Shown here piece by piece: positions 1 through 10,237 of a DNA stretch of 64,000 bases. Under the pieces are notes generated by a model. It did not search any database, was not told where the DNA came from, and worked only from the letters and a program-made list of their open reading frames with translations. Origin of the DNA: Clostridium sp. 19966 (GTDB lineage: Bacteria > Bacillota > Clostridia > Clostridiales > Clostridiaceae); the NCBI RefSeq assembly GCF_032335695.1, contig NZ_JACTOJ010000004.1:194029-258028 (forward strand), written 5' to 3'. The translations under genes and the position numbers were made by a program. The first letter of the stretch is position 1, and every line of letters starts with the position of its first letter.

Positions 1-20
1 ATTATTTAAAAAAAATTAAA

Positions 21-70
21 GCGGAACGGTTCACAAAAATTTGCATACAAATTTTTGTGAACCGTCCCCT
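21..70. repeat. Palindromic intergenic element copy 1 (GGAACGGTTCACAA-N19-TTGTGAACCGTCCCC); the spacer is itself palindromic, so the hairpin is about 22 bp long
   Basis: Read directly from the sequence; same arms as copies at 1104, 13233, 15979, 21064 and 30912. Confidence 0.85.
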
Positions 71-136
71 TCCTTTTTTACAATTTATATTGTAATCTAT
101 TATTAACTTATTTGCTTTTTCTTGGAGGATTAAAAT

Positions 137-1099
137 ATGATTAATGTATTTGCAATTTCTAAAGATTATCAATTGATAGATATTGATGACCTTTCAGAGC
201 TTAACTCTGAAAAAATCAAATGGTATTGGATGGATATGGATGATCCAACTGAAGATGAAGTATCACTATTAAAAAGTTTTTTTAACTTTCATCAATTAGC
301 CATTGAGGACTGTCTTCATTATCTACAAAGAGCCAAAGTTGATAAATATGATACATACAACTTTTATGTAGTACATGGTATGAATAAGGATACCCTTTCA
401 GCAAATGAAGTAGACTTATTTATAAATGATAGATTCATTGTCTCTTTCCACAAGATGCACTTAAAAGAGATAGATGAAGTCATTGAGAAACTAAATTTTT
501 CAAATAAATATTGGGCTGGCGGGCCTCTAATAGTTAAATACCTTATTTTGGACAAGTTAGTTGATAATTATTTCCCATTAGTTTATGAAATAGAAGATTA
601 TTTGGATGATTTTGATGCTTTTGTTGAGGTTAATAAAAATAAATCCTCTAAGTATATGATTGATAAAATCTTTGAAGTCAGAAGCAAGCTTTTAAGAATG
701 AGAAGAATAATAAATCAAATGAGAGACTTGCTTTATAGAATGATAAATTCAGAAAGTCTTTTGAGAGACACGTCTAACCATGCTTATTTTGCAGATATTT
801 ATGATCATCTTTTAAGGTTATCGGATATTATCGAATCCAGTTTGCTTATAACATCTGACTTAAGAGATAGCTATATGTCTATAACTTCCGATAAGATGAA
901 TAGAATAATGATGCTCTTTACAGCAATAACCACCATTTTTGTTCCAGTAACATTCATTGCTGGAGTGTACGGAATGAATTTCCAAAACATGCCAGAACTT
1001 AACTGGAAATATAGTTATTTTCTTGTATTGTCTATCATGTTAGCTCTTATGGCATTCATGTTTTTTTGGTTTAAGAAAAAAGGTTGGTTTGATATTTAA
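137..1099 (+). CDS. corA: Magnesium/cobalt transporter CorA
   Basis: 320 aa; two C-terminal TM helices with the YGMNF signature (GMN motif); RBS GGAGG upstream of the ATG. Confidence 0.9.
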   Translation: MINVFAISKDYQLIDIDDLSELNSEKIKWYWMDMDDPTEDEVSLLKSFFNFHQLAIEDCLHYLQRAKVDKYDTYNFYVVHGMNKDTLSANEVDLFINDRFIVSFHKMHLKEIDEVIEKLNFSNKYWAGGPLIVKYLILDKLVDNYFPLVYEIEDYLDDFDAFVEVNKNKSSKYMIDKIFEVRSKLLRMRRIINQMRDLLYRMINSESLLRDTSNHAYFADIYDHLLRLSDIIESSLLITSDLRDSYMSITSDKMNRIMMLFTAITTIFVPVTFIAGVYGMNFQNMPELNWKYSYFLVLSIMLALMAFMFFWFKKKGWFDI

Positions 1100-1103
1100 G
1101 TTG

Positions 1104-1150
1104 AGGGACGGTTCACAAAAATCCCGCTATATTTTTGTGAACCGTCCCCT
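1104..1150. repeat. Palindromic element copy 2, filling the gap between convergent corA and lipoprotein genes
   Basis: GGGACGGTTCACAAAAAT-cccgctat-ATTTTTGTGAACCGTCCCC; sits between stop codons at 1099 (+) and 1149 (-); a T-rich run follows. Confidence 0.85.
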
Positions 1151-1853
1151 ATTTTTCATGATCAAACATATTATAGACTATGGAGTGAGATGTAAAAAAT
1201 ACTGCATTTGGATTTGCATTATAATAATTAGTTACTGCATAAACAACAAATTTATTATCTTCTTTCACCATAAAATAATTTATTATATTATTTGAATCTA
1301 CTTGAGTTCCATCATTGGCTACTACATGAAATATTATGCTGACTGAAACATTGAAAGCTCCTTGAGGTTTATCTTGAGCATATACGCCCCAAAGCTCACT
1401 TGCATTGTTGTTAGTTCCAACCTCCATTGTATAGCTTTTAGCATTAGAAATCTTAAACTGCCTTGTATATTCGGTAATCAAATCACTATTTTTAGGATAT
1501 GTTTTTGCTAAATCCATGTCTGAGTTCTGAGAAATCATATTAAAGTCGCCCTTTATTCCAGCATTAGTTAAATCTACTGCCAATTTTACTGCTGAATCTT
1601 TGTCTTGCTGGCTGAAATCCTTAAATTCCTGTGTTGTTGCTACAGTACTAACCGTTTGAGTGTTACTTGAAGCATCTGCAATTTGGCTTGAGGAGGTCGT
1701 AGAGCCGTTCTGACTGCTTGTACTACTGCTGGACTTTGAAGAGCTTGATGAACTTGACGAACTAGCCTTCTTGGAACTACATCCCGCTAATATGGAAATA
1801 AAAATTACAATTATTATAAAATTAAATATTCTTTTTCTCATGCTATCCTCCAA
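1149..1853 (-). CDS. Lipoprotein of unknown function (signal peptide with LAGC lipobox, Ser-rich linker)
   Basis: N-terminus MRKRIFNFIIIVIFISILAGCSS followed by a poly-Ser tract. Confidence 0.7.
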   Translation of the reverse strand: MEDSMRKRIFNFIIIVIFISILAGCSSKKASSSSSSSSSKSSSSTSSQNGSTTSSSQIADASSNTQTVSTVATTQEFKDFSQQDKDSAVKLAVDLTNAGIKGDFNMISQNSDMDLAKTYPKNSDLITEYTRQFKISNAKSYTMEVGTNNNASELWGVYAQDKPQGAFNVSVSIIFHVVANDGTQVDSNNIINYFMVKEDNKFVVYAVTNYYNANPNAVFFTSHSIVYNMFDHEK

Positions 1854-1993
1854 AACATTTTTCGCCTATTATTAATTAAATTTTAATTTATTTTATAAAA
1901 AAAATCAATTAATAATATTAGATGCCGATTTTTATCACTATAATTGGCTTCCAAAATAATTATTAACTGATTACTATCATATTAATGAACATA

Positions 1994-2980
1994 TCAGTCG
2001 TTTTTATCTATATTTATTTCTTTTTCAATTATGTAAAGAGGTCTGCCCTTGCTTTCATCATATATTCTTCCTATATATTCTCCTAAGACTGCAACCGATA
2101 AAAGTTGAACTCCTCCCAAAAATGTTACTACAACCATAATCGAAGTCCATCCAGAAATAACATTATGACTTCCTGCAATTTTAACAATTATAGCATATAA
2201 AAATATCAAGAATGATAATACTACACATATTAAGCCAATGGACCCAACTAATTTTAAAGGCTTGGCTGAAAATGATACAATTCCATCAGATGCAAATTTC
2301 AACATTTTTTTCAATGGATATTTAGTTTCCCCTGCGAATCTCTCATCTCTCTCATATTCTATTGGAATTTGTTTAAATCCAGCCCAACTGACCATTCCTC
2401 TAACAAATCTGTTGTTTTCCTTCATTGAATTAAATACATTAACCACCTTACGATCCATAAGCCTAAAATCACCAGTGTCTAATGGAATATCAATATCGGA
2501 CATGTTATGTAAAAATCTATAAAAACATTTCGCTGTAACTAATTTGAAAAACGATTCACCTTTTCGCTTTTTTCTCTTAGCATAAACCACATCATATCCT
2601 TGCTTCCAAAGCTCTATCATTTTAGGTATAACTTCTGGTGGATCCTGTAAATCTGCATCAATTACAACCACTGCATCACCTTTAGCTTTATTTATACCTG
2701 CGGTTACAGCAATTTGATGTCCAAAGTTTCTCGAGAAGCTTATAACTCTAACATTTTCATCTTGTGCTGCTATATTTTCTAGCAATGGAAGTGTTTTATC
2801 AGTGCTTCCATCATTAACAAAAACAAATTCATAATTAATGTCATTGTCAGTCATTACCTTTTTTAATCGTTTATAACATTCTTCTACTACAAGTTCCTCG
2901 TAGTACATGGGAACTACTATTGAAACTAACTTTTTTATCATATATCTTATCCTTTCGAAGTTCATAAATCTTTTTAACAT
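1994..2980 (-). CDS. Family 2 glycosyltransferase, bactoprenol/dolichol-phosphate sugar transferase type (GtrB/ArnC-like) with two C-terminal TM helices
   Basis: VSIVVPMYYEE...DGSTD...VIDADLQDPPE motifs; C-terminal TM pair; likely true start at Met14 (about 2941) with an AAGGA RBS. Confidence 0.8.
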   Translation of the reverse strand: MLKRFMNFERIRYMIKKLVSIVVPMYYEELVVEECYKRLKKVMTDNDINYEFVFVNDGSTDKTLPLLENIAAQDENVRVISFSRNFGHQIAVTAGINKAKGDAVVVIDADLQDPPEVIPKMIELWKQGYDVVYAKRKKRKGESFFKLVTAKCFYRFLHNMSDIDIPLDTGDFRLMDRKVVNVFNSMKENNRFVRGMVSWAGFKQIPIEYERDERFAGETKYPLKKMLKFASDGIVSFSAKPLKLVGSIGLICVVLSFLIFLYAIIVKIAGSHNVISGWTSIMVVVTFLGGVQLLSVAVLGEYIGRIYDESKGRPLYIIEKEINIDKND

Positions 2981-3315
2981 TAAACTACATGATGCATTCT
3001 TTAATACTCAATAATACTATAAAATTATAACATAAAATCTAAATAATTATAATACAAGTTACGCTGCTTCATTAAGAGAAAATTTAATAAATTAATTACA
3101 TATTATTTATTACTAATTATTTATGTATGCATTCTTTTCTTGCAATTTACTAAAACTGAGTTAAAATTGTATTTGTGATTTATTTCAGAATTTAAATTAT
3201 ATATCACTTAAATTTTTTATACTATATTTTTATTAGAAAATTTTTATATCAAAACAAATTAAGTATAAACATAAAGATTATATAAATAACTCAATAATAA
3301 GTAGGAGGACATTAA

Positions 3316-4545
3316 ATGCAATCAAACTCAAACTATACAGAAAGCCTTAAACTAGATGAATTCAAAAAAGCTGCTGAAAGGCTTAACGGAGTATTAAAAA
3401 AGACTTCATTAATATATAGCAACACCTTTAGCAGTGAGTCTGGCAATGAAATCTATATAAAGCCTGAAAATCTGCAAAATACTGGATCTTTTAAAATAAG
3501 AGGTGCCTACAATAAAATTTCTAAATTAAGTGCTGAAGAAAAGAGCCATGGACTTATAGCTTCATCTGCAGGCAACCATGCTCAAGGTGTTGCTTTCGCA
3601 GCTGAAAAACTTGGTGTACAAGCTACTATCGTCATGCCTAAAACTACACCTCTTATAAAAGTTGACGCCACAAGAAAATATGGTGCTGAAGTTGTATTAC
3701 ATGGCAATGTTTATGACGAAGCCTATAGCCATGCAAAAGAACTAGAAAAAGAAAAAGGCTACACCTTTATACACCCTTTTGATGATGTAGATGTAATTTT
3801 AGGACAAGGTACTATTGCCTTGGAAATAATTGAAGAGCTTAAAGACGTAGATTATATTTTAGCTGCTGTTGGCGGCGGCGGATTAATTAGTGGATTAGCT
3901 GTAGCTGCAAAATCTGTTAATCCTAATATAAAAGTAATAGGTGTAGAACCTGAAGGTGCCAGCTGCATGAAAAGTTCATTAGTAGAAAATAAAATAGTGA
4001 ACTTGGGAGCTGTAAAAACTATAGCTGATGGTGCAGCAGTTGCACAACCAGGAAATATAACCTTCGAAGTAGCTCAAAAATATGTGGATGATATAATAAC
4101 TGTGTCTGACTTCGAAATAATGGAAGCTTTTCTAGTACTTCTAGAAAAACATAAATTAATTGCTGAAAATGCTGGTGTTTTACCATTGGCAGGCATAAAA
4201 AAGCTTAATGTAACAGGAAAAAAAGTTGCCTGCGTTGTAAGCGGTGGCAATATAGACGTTCTTACTATATCTTCTTTAATTAATAAAGGCTTGGTTTCCA
4301 GAGGCAGAATTTTCTGTTTTACTATGGAGTTAACCGATCGTCCTGGTCAGCTTATGAGAGTATGCGATATATTAGCAAAGACCGGAGCTAACATAATCCA
4401 ATTAGATCATAACAAATATAAAACTATAAATAGTTTTATGCAGGTACAGCTTGAAGTAACTGTAGAAACAAATGGCCATGAACATGTAAATAATATAATT
4501 AATGAATTATGTAAAAATGGATTTTGTATAAATAAAATTTATTAA
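3316..4545 (+). CDS. ilvA: Threonine dehydratase (PLP-dependent, short form with C-terminal ACT-like domain)
   Basis: SFKIRGAYNK PLP lysine motif, SAGNHAQGVA, GGGGL loop; 409 aa; RBS AGGAGG. Confidence 0.85.
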   Translation: MQSNSNYTESLKLDEFKKAAERLNGVLKKTSLIYSNTFSSESGNEIYIKPENLQNTGSFKIRGAYNKISKLSAEEKSHGLIASSAGNHAQGVAFAAEKLGVQATIVMPKTTPLIKVDATRKYGAEVVLHGNVYDEAYSHAKELEKEKGYTFIHPFDDVDVILGQGTIALEIIEELKDVDYILAAVGGGGLISGLAVAAKSVNPNIKVIGVEPEGASCMKSSLVENKIVNLGAVKTIADGAAVAQPGNITFEVAQKYVDDIITVSDFEIMEAFLVLLEKHKLIAENAGVLPLAGIKKLNVTGKKVACVVSGGNIDVLTISSLINKGLVSRGRIFCFTMELTDRPGQLMRVCDILAKTGANIIQLDHNKYKTINSFMQVQLEVTVETNGHEHVNNIINELCKNGFCINKIY

Positions 4546-4561
4546 AATAGTACCCAAAATA

Positions 4562-4605
4562 AAAAGCGATGGAATCCTATTTAAGTTTATTCCATCGTTT
4601 TTCAT
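4562..4605. terminator. Bidirectional rho-independent terminator between convergent ilvA and MFS genes
   Basis: AAAAAGCGATGGAAT-loop-ATTCCATCGTTTTT; 9-bp stem with an A-run before and a T-run after. Confidence 0.7.
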
Positions 4606-4611
4606 TTTATT

Positions 4612-5856
4612 CTATTCGCTTTTGCATTTAGTCCTATCATCATATCTTTCCAGCATTACGGTTAAAACTGCAAATATAATCATAACTGTTCCTACCACTC
4701 TCCATGCGCCTTGAATGTTCACGAGGCCTAACACTAACCCCATAATTCCTGGTCCAAGCGTATTTCCCATGTCAGTGATTACTGGCAGTATTGAGTTTAT
4801 CCTTCCTCTGTGGGAAGATGGAGTGTGATTTGCAATAAATGGTGATGCACTGGTAGTTACTATTATTTCTCCCATAGTTATTGTAAAGCATGATATGTAG
4901 AACGCTGTGATGCTGTTTGCATAGCCAGGAAGTCCAAAACCTATCACGTAAAATACTCCACCATAGAATATTTTTCTTATTATTTTTTGAGAATGAAGAA
5001 GCTTAGTTATAAGTGGTGTCATAGTTATTACTAATATGGCATTGAAGCTTACCATTTTTCCGTACACTGCTGACCCGTTTGAAAATATCTTTGAAATATT
5101 CATCGGATATAAATAGCTCCATTGAGAGTACACAAAATTATAGCCAAACATAACCAGAGCGAAAAATATGAGTATCGGCCTTTCTAATAATACTTTAAAT
5201 ACCGACCCTTCCACTGCAGATTCCAATTTGTTGTCCATCTTTTTCGTATTTTTCACCATGCCTATTGTTTCTGGTATAAAAAATACGAATAAAAGCATGG
5301 CTATTACTGAAGTAAAACCATCTAAGAAGAACAATAAATTTAAATGCTTTTGAAGAAGATATCCACCTACCACTGGAGATATTGCAAAGCCAAGATTCAT
5401 TCCCATATAAAACAGAGAATATGCGCCCGACCTATTTTGTGGAGTAGTTAAATCAGCCACTAAAGCCCCGCTTACTGGTCCAGACATTACTATAAAAAAT
5501 CCTGCTATTACCATCATAGGTATCATTGAAGGTGAAACAGGCATAAGAGCAGCTATAAAATAGCATACAGCTCCAAGCATATTAAGCGTTATAAGTATCT
5601 TTTTTCTTCCAAAGGTATCTGCTAATTTTCCGCCTATGATTCCTCCTCCCATATATACAATTCCTGATATGGACATGATATATCCTGCTGTTGACTCATT
5701 CACATTTAACTTAGTTGTAAGTATGAGTGTAAGTAATGGAAATATAAATGATCCCATGGCATTAATAACTCTTGCCAAAAATATTACCCATATTTCCTTG
5801 GACAACCCTCTGAAGGGGTTGAACATGCTTTTAAATGCTCTTGTAAAATTCTTCAT
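4612..5856 (-). CDS. MFS transporter (possible drug efflux type); the ORF extends to 5958, but the probable start is the ATG at 5856 (MKNFTRAF) with a perfect AGGAGG RBS
   Basis: 12-TM MFS architecture, GxLaDrxGrkx motif (GKLADTFGRKK). Confidence 0.8.
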   Translation of the reverse strand: MKNFTRAFKSMFNPFRGLSKEIWVIFLARVINAMGSFIFPLLTLILTTKLNVNESTAGYIMSISGIVYMGGGIIGGKLADTFGRKKILITLNMLGAVCYFIAALMPVSPSMIPMMVIAGFFIVMSGPVSGALVADLTTPQNRSGAYSLFYMGMNLGFAISPVVGGYLLQKHLNLLFFLDGFTSVIAMLLFVFFIPETIGMVKNTKKMDNKLESAVEGSVFKVLLERPILIFFALVMFGYNFVYSQWSYLYPMNISKIFSNGSAVYGKMVSFNAILVITMTPLITKLLHSQKIIRKIFYGGVFYVIGFGLPGYANSITAFYISCFTITMGEIIVTTSASPFIANHTPSSHRGRINSILPVITDMGNTLGPGIMGLVLGLVNIQGAWRVVGTVMIIFAVLTVMLERYDDRTKCKSE

Positions 5857-5888
5857 ATGTCCTCCTAAATCTTTACGTAAATAAAAGC

Positions 5889-6125
5889 CATACACAAAAC
5901 GCGCATGGCTTCTCATCTTTAATATAAAAAACCACAGGCTTACGTACCTGTGGAACAATATTACAATTTAAATTTATGTACTATAGCTCTATTCCAAGGA
6001 CGTTAACAATATCAATATTGTAAGATAAATTTGAATTTTTTCCTGCTCTTAACATTTATTAACGCCTCCAATCTTTCATAAAATCAACTATTTCCAGTAT
6101 AATGGTTAGTCCACTATCCTGTCAA
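5889..6125 (-). promoter_or_regulatory. Promoter plus regulated leader of the MFS gene: -35 TTGACA (6120-6125) and -10 TATACT (6096-6101), a 24-codon leader ORF (6055 to 5981, MLRAGKNSNLSYNIDIVNVLGIEL) with a GGAGG RBS, and two tandem terminator-like hairpins each followed by a U-run (5932-5953 plus UUUUUUAU; 5889-5915 plus UUAUUU)
   Basis: All elements read from the minus-strand sequence; the arrangement resembles leader-peptide translational attenuators of inducible efflux/resistance genes. Confidence 0.5.
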
Positions 6126-6225
6126 TAGTTTCTATAAATAAATCTTAATCATTGTTTTGCTTGTTTTTCTCGCAGCTATTATTATTTTCATCATAACTTG
6201 GCTATAACTTTTAATTTGCAAAAAT

Positions 6226-6305
6226 TTGTGAACCGTCCCCCATACTTTTTTCTCAATGCCTTAGCAAAATATTCCTAACTCATAAATGTTTGTGAACCGT
6301 CCCCT
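6226..6305. repeat. Two half-copies (right arm only, TTGTGAACCGTCCCC) of the palindromic element, at 6226-6241 and 6289-6305
   Basis: Arm sequence present twice, 63 nt apart; the second abuts the stop of the 6304 MFS gene. Confidence 0.8.
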
Positions 6306-7563
6306 ATATTGCCGACTCCTGGTTTCTAAGCTTCTTATCCATTCTTTTAGAGAAGATTTTTAACACAAACATTAGCATGGCTGCTATTAGGGTTACCAAG
6401 AAAGTTAGTTTCCAGATAGAATTGCTCCCGTGAGCCTGCATATAGGCACCTGATATAGATGCACTCAATGCGGAACCTATAGCACCGCCTATGGAGGAAA
6501 CCGCACTTAGTCTAGCTCTGTAATTGCTTGGACTATTATTAGCCACATAAACTCCTGAGCTTATGCTTCCAAGTATTTCCCCTGAGGTCCAAATTATTGT
6601 GGATATTATAAATAGAGTAAAATGATTTATATAAGCAAGCATCCCGAAGCCTAGGGCATACATTACACCAGAAAGAGCTGTATTAGTAAGCGGATGATTT
6701 TTTCTTGTGAGCACTGTCAAAAATACTGTTAACGCCAACACGGTTACTGCATTTATGCTCATAAGATATCCAAAAAGGTGAGCACCCTGACTGCCATAAA
6801 TGCTTCGCAAGGTCATTGGTAATGCAAATCCGGCCTGAGCATACGCAAAGCTGTATACTGAGGATATTAAAATAAAGAAGCATATGTGAGGCCTTTTATA
6901 GAGAACAGTGAATATATTACCTCCCTCGGCCTTCTCTGCTGCGTATTTTTCATGAACCTTATTTGTTTTTTCTCCAGTTTTATATTTAGGATGGGTTTCC
7001 TCAATATTTTTCCATATCAAAAATAATGCTACAAAGGATGTAAATGCATCCCCTAAAAATAGAAGTGGCAGAAAATTATTAAATAGGAAGCCTGCAACTA
7101 TAGGACCTACTGATACTCCCACATTTATACCCAAATATTGAAGAGAAAAGCCCACCTGTCTTTGCTCTGGGGAAAGCATATCCGTCATTATTGAATTAAA
7201 AGCAGGTCTTATAAATCCATTGAAGAAGGTACTGATTATAAGACAAGTTACAGTCAAGGAAGCATTCTTTGTAAGAGCGCAAGGAATCAAAGCTGCAGCT
7301 GAAATAAACTGAGAGTACATATAAGCTTTCTTTCTTCCAAATTTATCAGCAATCTTTCCGCCTATGAGTGAAGAAGGAATGCCTATGAGAGAAGAAATGG
7401 TAACAAGCATTCCTGTTACTGCAGTGGACATTCCAACCTTTTCAGTGAGATAAAGTGTAAGAAACGGTCTTACAAAGTCACCGAATCTATTGATTATCTG
7501 AGCAAAAAATATTACATACATTCCTTTAGGTAATCCCCTGTATGCATTCAAAAGTCTTCGCAT
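6304..7563 (-). CDS. MFS transporter (second, paralogous); the ORF runs to 7602, and the probable start is the ATG at 7563-7569 after a GAGGGGG RBS
   Basis: MFS motifs GKIADKFGRKK; 12 predicted TM helices. Confidence 0.8.
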   Translation of the reverse strand: MRRLLNAYRGLPKGMYVIFFAQIINRFGDFVRPFLTLYLTEKVGMSTAVTGMLVTISSLIGIPSSLIGGKIADKFGRKKAYMYSQFISAAALIPCALTKNASLTVTCLIISTFFNGFIRPAFNSIMTDMLSPEQRQVGFSLQYLGINVGVSVGPIVAGFLFNNFLPLLFLGDAFTSFVALFLIWKNIEETHPKYKTGEKTNKVHEKYAAEKAEGGNIFTVLYKRPHICFFILISSVYSFAYAQAGFALPMTLRSIYGSQGAHLFGYLMSINAVTVLALTVFLTVLTRKNHPLTNTALSGVMYALGFGMLAYINHFTLFIISTIIWTSGEILGSISSGVYVANNSPSNYRARLSAVSSIGGAIGSALSASISGAYMQAHGSNSIWKLTFLVTLIAAMLMFVLKIFSKRMDKKLRNQESAI

Positions 7564-7644
7564 GTGCATCGCCCCCTCATTAGTTAAATATACTATCATC
7601 ATTTTAAATACTTGGAACTATGAAAAAATAACATAATTTAATCG

Positions 7645-7675
7645 CAAAATAATGCTCATGACTTTAAATCATGAG
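7645..7675 (-). promoter_or_regulatory. Perfect 11-bp-stem hairpin (AATGCTCATGA-N6-TCATGAGCATT) in the 5' leader of the second MFS gene
   Basis: Seen in sequence about 80 nt upstream of the start; function unknown. Confidence 0.3.
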
Positions 7676-7931
7676 CATTTCGTAACATATTCTTACTTAA
7701 AAACTTAATCAACACATTCAGGTTCAGTAAAATCATCAAGCTTTTTATCTAAATATAAATAAATATCCTAGTAAGAATCCACGCACAATAAATCACAGAA
7801 TTATATATTAAAGTTTTTAAGTAAATAAAACAATGTATTATCTTCGCTTTATAAATTTTATTGGTCCTATTTTAAATAAGTCTTGATTTTTACACTTATT
7901 TAAAACTTCCTTCTATGGACAAAGCTATGTT

Positions 7932-9734
7932 TTATATCTCTATTCCTGCCAGCTTTATTATATGCATTGCATTTCTTGTGGTGGAAACACCTTTTCTTAG
8001 CTTGTAGTCAAATTTTAATTCATCTTTATCGTAATACTCCTGGAAATGATAATTTTTGAGCTTGCCCATAGTATTTTCTAAGTCTGCCAATTCTAAATCA
8101 TGAGTGGATACAAGCCCATTAGCCTTTAAGCCGCTTAATTGCTTTATAAGCACTGTGGCTCCCTGATGTCTGTCTATGGAATTAGTACCTTTAAAAATTT
8201 CGTCCAGTAAAAAGAATATGGTGTTTCCGTTTTCCTTTTTAGCCGCGCTGACTATGTCCTTTATTCTGAGTATTTCAGCATAAAAGGAGGATATGCTCTT
8301 CTCTAAATTGTCACTTATTCTCATGCAGGTATATAAATCCATGAATATTGTGGACATATTTTCTGCACATGCAGGAGCTCCAGTATAGCTCAAAACTAAA
8401 TTTATTCCTATGGTTCTTAAAAAGGTAGTCTTTCCTGACATATTAGATCCAGTTATAAGCACTACACTGCCTTCGCTCTCCATGTCAAAGTTATTGCGCA
8501 CCCTCTTATCTCCAAGCAGAGGATGACCTAAGTTAGCTGCTTTAAATATGGCGCCTTTATCCTTGACTTCTGGGAAACACCAATCTTCATTTTCAAAGGC
8601 AATATTGGACAAGCTGCTTATAGCTTCAAATTCTCCTATTATATCGAACCATCTGGCTAATTCTTTTCCGTAATTTGCCTTCCAGTTTTCAAGCATGGAA
8701 ATAACTCTATAATCCCACATAAAAATTATATTTATAATAATATAACCCATATTGTATCTGTCGGATACATAGTCAACTATACCGCTAAGCTCTCCTATAA
8801 TTTTTGAAGCCTTAACATCATTTATGTATATTCCTTTTTTAAGCTTACCCAAATAATCATTCTTAAACTCTTCATCTTCAACGTATTTTATCATGTTGAA
8901 ATATAGTTTAAGATCCTTTTTGTACTGCATTACTGTATCCAAAATTGCGTTTCTATTCTTTGAATCAATCTTCAATATTATGGCATCCAAAAGTATTATT
9001 ACTAAGAAATACTTATAAGAAAATTTACTGTTAAAAGCCAGCAAAAATGAAGCGGCTATAGTAATCAATGGGCATATCACAACTATTAGCTTGGTAAGAA
9101 TGCCCTCAGAAATTTTTTCTTGATTTTCTGCCCATTTTATAAGCTCTGTAGGATCCTTGGATTTATCAGAAATCATCAAGGCTTCGGCATTAATTTTTTG
9201 TCTCCATCTAACATTAGCAGCAAGCTCTTTCACTGCCTGCTGTCTGTTTTTTATTAAATTTATGTCATTAACAGGCTTCTTTAAATACTGTACAAAGCTT
9301 AATCTTCCCATATATGTAGCACAGGAATTTATCCATTGAAACAAGGATGATTTTCCAAACAAATCCAGATCGTCACAAAATGGATGCTCAGCATCAGAAA
9401 ATTCTTTTCCATCATCCTGAAATTCCTTCCACTTTCCTTCTAGCCTTGCTATACCTTTATTATTTATTTCAATTACAGTGTCTATTCTCCTCTTCTTATC
9501 TATTGCCTTTTGATGAGCTTTAACAAGATACACAAAGGCACCTATCCAAATTACAGTTATTCCCATGCTTAAAACCTTCATATTAATATAATATATGTAA
9601 ATGGACACTAATAACCCAACAACAAAATCCAGCAGCCTTAAATAACCTATGGAAGATATTTCTTTTTGAATTTTTTTTGATAATTCCTCATTTTTATTTT
9701 TTTCCTCTACATAAAACTCTTTTGCCTTACTCAT
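7932..9734 (-). CDS. MutS-family ATPase (MutS domain V only) with N-terminal transmembrane segments; it has no mismatch-binding or Smr domains
   Basis: Walker A GSNMSGKTTFLRTIG, MutS signature region STHDLEL, and DE box (FLLDE); hydrophobic helices at the N-terminus and mid-protein. Confidence 0.75.
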   Translation of the reverse strand: MSKAKEFYVEEKNKNEELSKKIQKEISSIGYLRLLDFVVGLLVSIYIYYINMKVLSMGITVIWIGAFVYLVKAHQKAIDKKRRIDTVIEINNKGIARLEGKWKEFQDDGKEFSDAEHPFCDDLDLFGKSSLFQWINSCATYMGRLSFVQYLKKPVNDINLIKNRQQAVKELAANVRWRQKINAEALMISDKSKDPTELIKWAENQEKISEGILTKLIVVICPLITIAASFLLAFNSKFSYKYFLVIILLDAIILKIDSKNRNAILDTVMQYKKDLKLYFNMIKYVEDEEFKNDYLGKLKKGIYINDVKASKIIGELSGIVDYVSDRYNMGYIIINIIFMWDYRVISMLENWKANYGKELARWFDIIGEFEAISSLSNIAFENEDWCFPEVKDKGAIFKAANLGHPLLGDKRVRNNFDMESEGSVVLITGSNMSGKTTFLRTIGINLVLSYTGAPACAENMSTIFMDLYTCMRISDNLEKSISSFYAEILRIKDIVSAAKKENGNTIFFLLDEIFKGTNSIDRHQGATVLIKQLSGLKANGLVSTHDLELADLENTMGKLKNYHFQEYYDKDELKFDYKLRKGVSTTRNAMHIIKLAGIEI

Positions 9735-10237
9735 TTTACACCTCTCACTTTACACCTTCTATGTTTTATGATTCCATTACAAAATTCTTTTGCCTGCTGA
9801 TAATACATAATCATAAAAAAACTAATTCTATATGAATAGCCTATTCTTAATTATGCCTATAGTTGTAAGCCTTAAACACTAGCAACGATAAAATAATAAA
9901 TCTTAGTTTAATTATACCATATATATGTAAATTACTTCAAAGAAGAATAATTTATGCTTTGAATATTTTAATTTTTTATAGGTTAAACTATTAGGGAATT
10001 GCTTAAGAAAACTTATTTTCTGAAAGTAATTTATTGAACAGGAATTTCAAAACTTTTACATCCAATATTTTATGTTATTTTCCCCTAAAATTATATACTG
10101 TGCAGCAGATTACTATTAATTTTATGTGATGGAAAAGCTTAAAATTCCAAATCTATTCTTAATTTATTTTGTGTCAGGCTGCTTAATAATGCCATGACCA
10201 TAATAAAAACAATATTGTTAATTTAAGGAGGAATTTA

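Noticed and set aside
1-136. M-box (Mg) riboswitch upstream of corA
   Set aside because: Only 136 nt are available and they are occupied by the palindromic repeat and a promoter-like AT-rich stretch; no M-box conserved segments.
1089-1295. ORFs 1089-1295 (+), 20969-21211 (+) and 21022-21204 (-), which encode similar peptides (…GDGSQ(I/K)FA…CEPSP…)
   Set aside because: They are produced by translating the palindromic repeat element on both strands; no RBS; artefactual.
2981-3315. T-box or attenuator leader upstream of threonine dehydratase
   Set aside because: The region is extremely AT-rich, with no recognisable T-box (AGAGA, GNTGGNACCGCG) or terminator/antiterminator pair.
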